Part shown: in pieces, positions 61,613 through 64,000 of the stretch
Position numbering within the stretch: the stretch's first letter is position 1
How the letters are laid out: each line of letters starts with the position of its first letter
NCBI GenBank assembly: GCA_016840085.1
Contig: JAEOTA010000012.1
Span: 132,847-196,846, forward strand
Reading direction: 5' to 3'
Origin: Promethearchaeota archaeon
Lineage (GTDB): Archaea > Asgardarchaeota > Lokiarchaeia > Sigyniarchaeales > SOKP01
DNA: 64,000 bases
Notes under the pieces: model-generated
What the model was told of the DNA's origin: nothing
Database searches by the model: none
The model's input: the letters and a program-made list of their open reading frames with translations, nothing else
Program-made: the position numbers and the translations under genes

Positions 61613-62583
61613 AACCTAAAATGGTTTAATACATCCTTCTATGTCGCTTTATTTTTCTGAAGACATAAAATATTGTTATTCCCAGAATGCAATCACCTAA
61701 AATCTCTAATATGATAAAGAAGACCGTTATTGGATAAAAACTGGTAATTCTATAAAAGATATATCCTTCTGAATTCTTTACAATAAATGTATCAATTACT
61801 CCATGTGAATTATAAACCGTTTCAATAGTATAAAGTTTTACTCCATACTTCTGAAATATAAGTGTAGTATCTTGAATTGTAACCTTCCTTCAATCAAGAA
61901 TATCTGTTAATGTGGTTAAACAATCTTTAATTGGTTTAGCGACAGCAAACCTCCTAATAATAAGCTGCTATACTAAATCATCTCAACTCATAATAGGGAA
62001 TGGAATATTTAATGATAGTAAAGTACGTATATCTCAGTTAATTCTCAGAGATCGGTTATTCAACTGGGTTAAAAGATTCAGTTTGAAATTATTCTTATCT
62101 TTCGAAATATTCAATAAAGAAATATGAAGGAGAATAATGAAATTTTAATTTTTGGAATTGATTCGAAGCAGGGAATTTTGGAAAATTGGTTAATTCAAAA
62201 AATTTCTTCTTAATTCTACTTTATACTTTTTTTAATTCATTTTATATTCCATTAACCTTACAAAAACAGTGAAAAGTTGAAATTGCTCTGAGGTCATTCT
62301 ATACAAGAACAGAAGAATATAGTTTTAAATTAGAACAAAAAAGAATGAAAAAAAAATACAGAAAAGAAGCATTAAGGCGATTCCTTTGGCGACATTTCTT
62401 TTGTTACGTTAAACGTAGGCATTGGCGTTTCAGAAAGCATTATAGAGGTAGTGTAAGAGATGGTCAATGGTAATTTCTAATGATAATAATTGAAAGTTTG
62501 TATTTTAATTTTTTATTTAAATATATTGAATAGTTTTAAAATTAAAATTTAAAATTTTAAATTAATCTAGACAATGATTAAAA

Positions 62584-64000
62584 ATGAGTGGTCAATCTAA
62601 AAGTGTTCCAAACCCTAATGTATTAAATAACCGTAACAGTGAAAATGATTACTTATATACTGAAGAACAAGAATCAAATTACTTGGATATATGGGAAAAA
62701 ATTCCGTCATATAAGGATATCAAAACTAAGTTATCAAATAGTAAGGTTATCTCAATGTTAATTATTTTACTATTTCTTTTAATTTTAACTTATATTATTA
62801 CTTCAAATTTGATTTTTTCCATTATTTTTATTTCTTTATCGTTTATTTTTTTCATAATTGCTTTTCATGATAACTTCTTTTATCTTAGAAATATCTTCAA
62901 TGAAATTTTTAAAAGGTTAAAGATAATAAATCCATTTGAGGATTTTGCATTTTGGATAGTAAAGAAAGATCCTGCTACTTTATTAATATTAAATAAAAAT
63001 GATGCAGTGACAATTGGTACTCGTATATTTAAAGTTGATATTCTTCCTGAAAATGTACATCCCACATTAAATCAGTTTCTTCAAGCCTTAAATCAAGCTC
63101 AGGTGCCATTCACGTATCAGGTTGTACAAAAGCCACTCATTAATTTTACTAAGAATCTTTCTAAAGGGAAGATTCGACAAGTACAAAGACCTCAGATTAA
63201 CAATAATAATGTATCATTTCAGACTTCTATCTATTTTAGTGTGTATAAAAACGTAAATGGTATTTTAACTAAATTAAGACTAATTGAGCTTATTAAATCA
63301 GTCCATCAATATTCTAAAGTACTAAAATCCAACTTTAGTGCAAATTTTCACCATACTAAAATTACTTTACTCACCGGAACTGATTTAATCAATTCTATTA
63401 GGACACTCTTAAGTGGCTATGATATCGATCCAGTCATAAAAAAACCCGATTCGTTTATATCCAATAGTAATTTTCGACAGGTATTTTTGAAATCACTATT
63501 TTTTACCTTTATCATGGTGTATACTTCATTGTTATTAATAGCATTCAATATTCCGATTGGATTGATAGCAATTATATACTTATCTATTCAATTTGTCATG
63601 ATCTTTTTATGGTGGCGAAGTATACTCTATTATTATTCCAATTGGAATTTTAGGAGGTATACAACCATAAATAAAGTTGATCCATTTAAGACATGTAAAT
63701 TCTATAGACTGAATAGTGTCAATAATACTATCTTTTTACACCTTGATAATTATTTACTGCTATCGTTAAAAAGTTTTAATCTGAATTTTGCTACTCATCC
63801 AAGCACAGTGTATCTTGATAAATTTGTGAGAGCATTAAATAACCATAAAATTTCTTTTATCTATACAATTAACGCTGTTCCTATCTCTTATTCTCTTTTT
63901 TGTTCAGAATGTGCTAAATATTTAAATGAAAAAACTGTAGAAGCTCTTAAAGGAATAGTTTTTATAGCGTTTGATGATCCAAATCCTAGGTACGTAAAAT
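62584..64000 (+). CDS. Large membrane protein with a duplicated TM-hairpin + alpha/beta module (3'-incomplete; absent from ORF track)
   Basis: ATG at 62584 (MSGQSKSV...) appears open to the window end. NPF.DF.FW...NQFLQALN...FTY is paralleled by DPF..KFY...DKFVRALN...FIY. Confidence 0.8.
   Translation, partial: MSGQSKSVPNPNVLNNRNSENDYLYTEEQESNYLDIWEKIPSYKDIKTKLSNSKVISMLIILLFLLILTYIITSNLIFSIIFISLSFIFFIIAFHDNFFYLRNIFNEIFKRLKIINPFEDFAFWIVKKDPATLLILNKNDAVTIGTRIFKVDILPENVHPTLNQFLQALNQAQVPFTYQVVQKPLINFTKNLSKGKIRQVQRPQINNNNVSFQTSIYFSVYKNVNGILTKLRLIELIKSVHQYSKVLKSNFSANFHHTKITLLTGTDLINSIRTLLSGYDIDPVIKKPDSFISNSNFRQVFLKSLFFTFIMVYTSLLLIAFNIPIGLIAIIYLSIQFVMIFLWWRSILYYYSNWNFRRYTTINKVDPFKTCKFYRLNSVNNTIFLHLDNYLLLSLKSFNLNFATHPSTVYLDKFVRALNNHKISFIYTINAVPISYSLFCSECAKYLNEKTVEALKGIVFIAFDDPNPRYVK

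Overview
AT-rich archaeal window. The gene content points to an Asgard archaeon of the Lokiarchaeia/Promethearchaeota type: TFIIB-family factor, Orc1/Cdc6, roadblock and longin-like proteins, MglA/Arf-like GTPases, and a Loki-type 'CSNIQAWVENNYDTRILH' domain. No rRNA, tRNA, integrase or cas operon was recognised. The region reads as an accessory, partly decaying island with many short virus-like ORFs, pseudogenes and conflict genes (three HEPN-motif proteins, PD-(D/E)XK nucleases, a Schlafen/AlbA_2 protein, a Tsp45I-like REase with an m6A MTase). Best candidates for something new: (1) a tight five-gene operon at 20.5-26.3 kb encoding an unknown protein, a Cas4/Dna2-like Fe-S protein with degenerate catalytic residues, an intact Upf1/Dna2-type SF1 helicase, a second unknown protein and a Zn-finger phosphoribosyltransferase; (2) nuclease/HEPN genes at 42.5-47.2 kb separated by recurring clusters of ~44-bp palindromic repeats, plus single genes bracketed by direct repeats that abut their stop codons (cassette-like); (3) a tandem-roadblock + DENN-like + small GTPase operon; (4) an orphan two-repeat mini-CRISPR with type I-E-like repeats. 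All family calls come from motif recognition by eye, not database searches.
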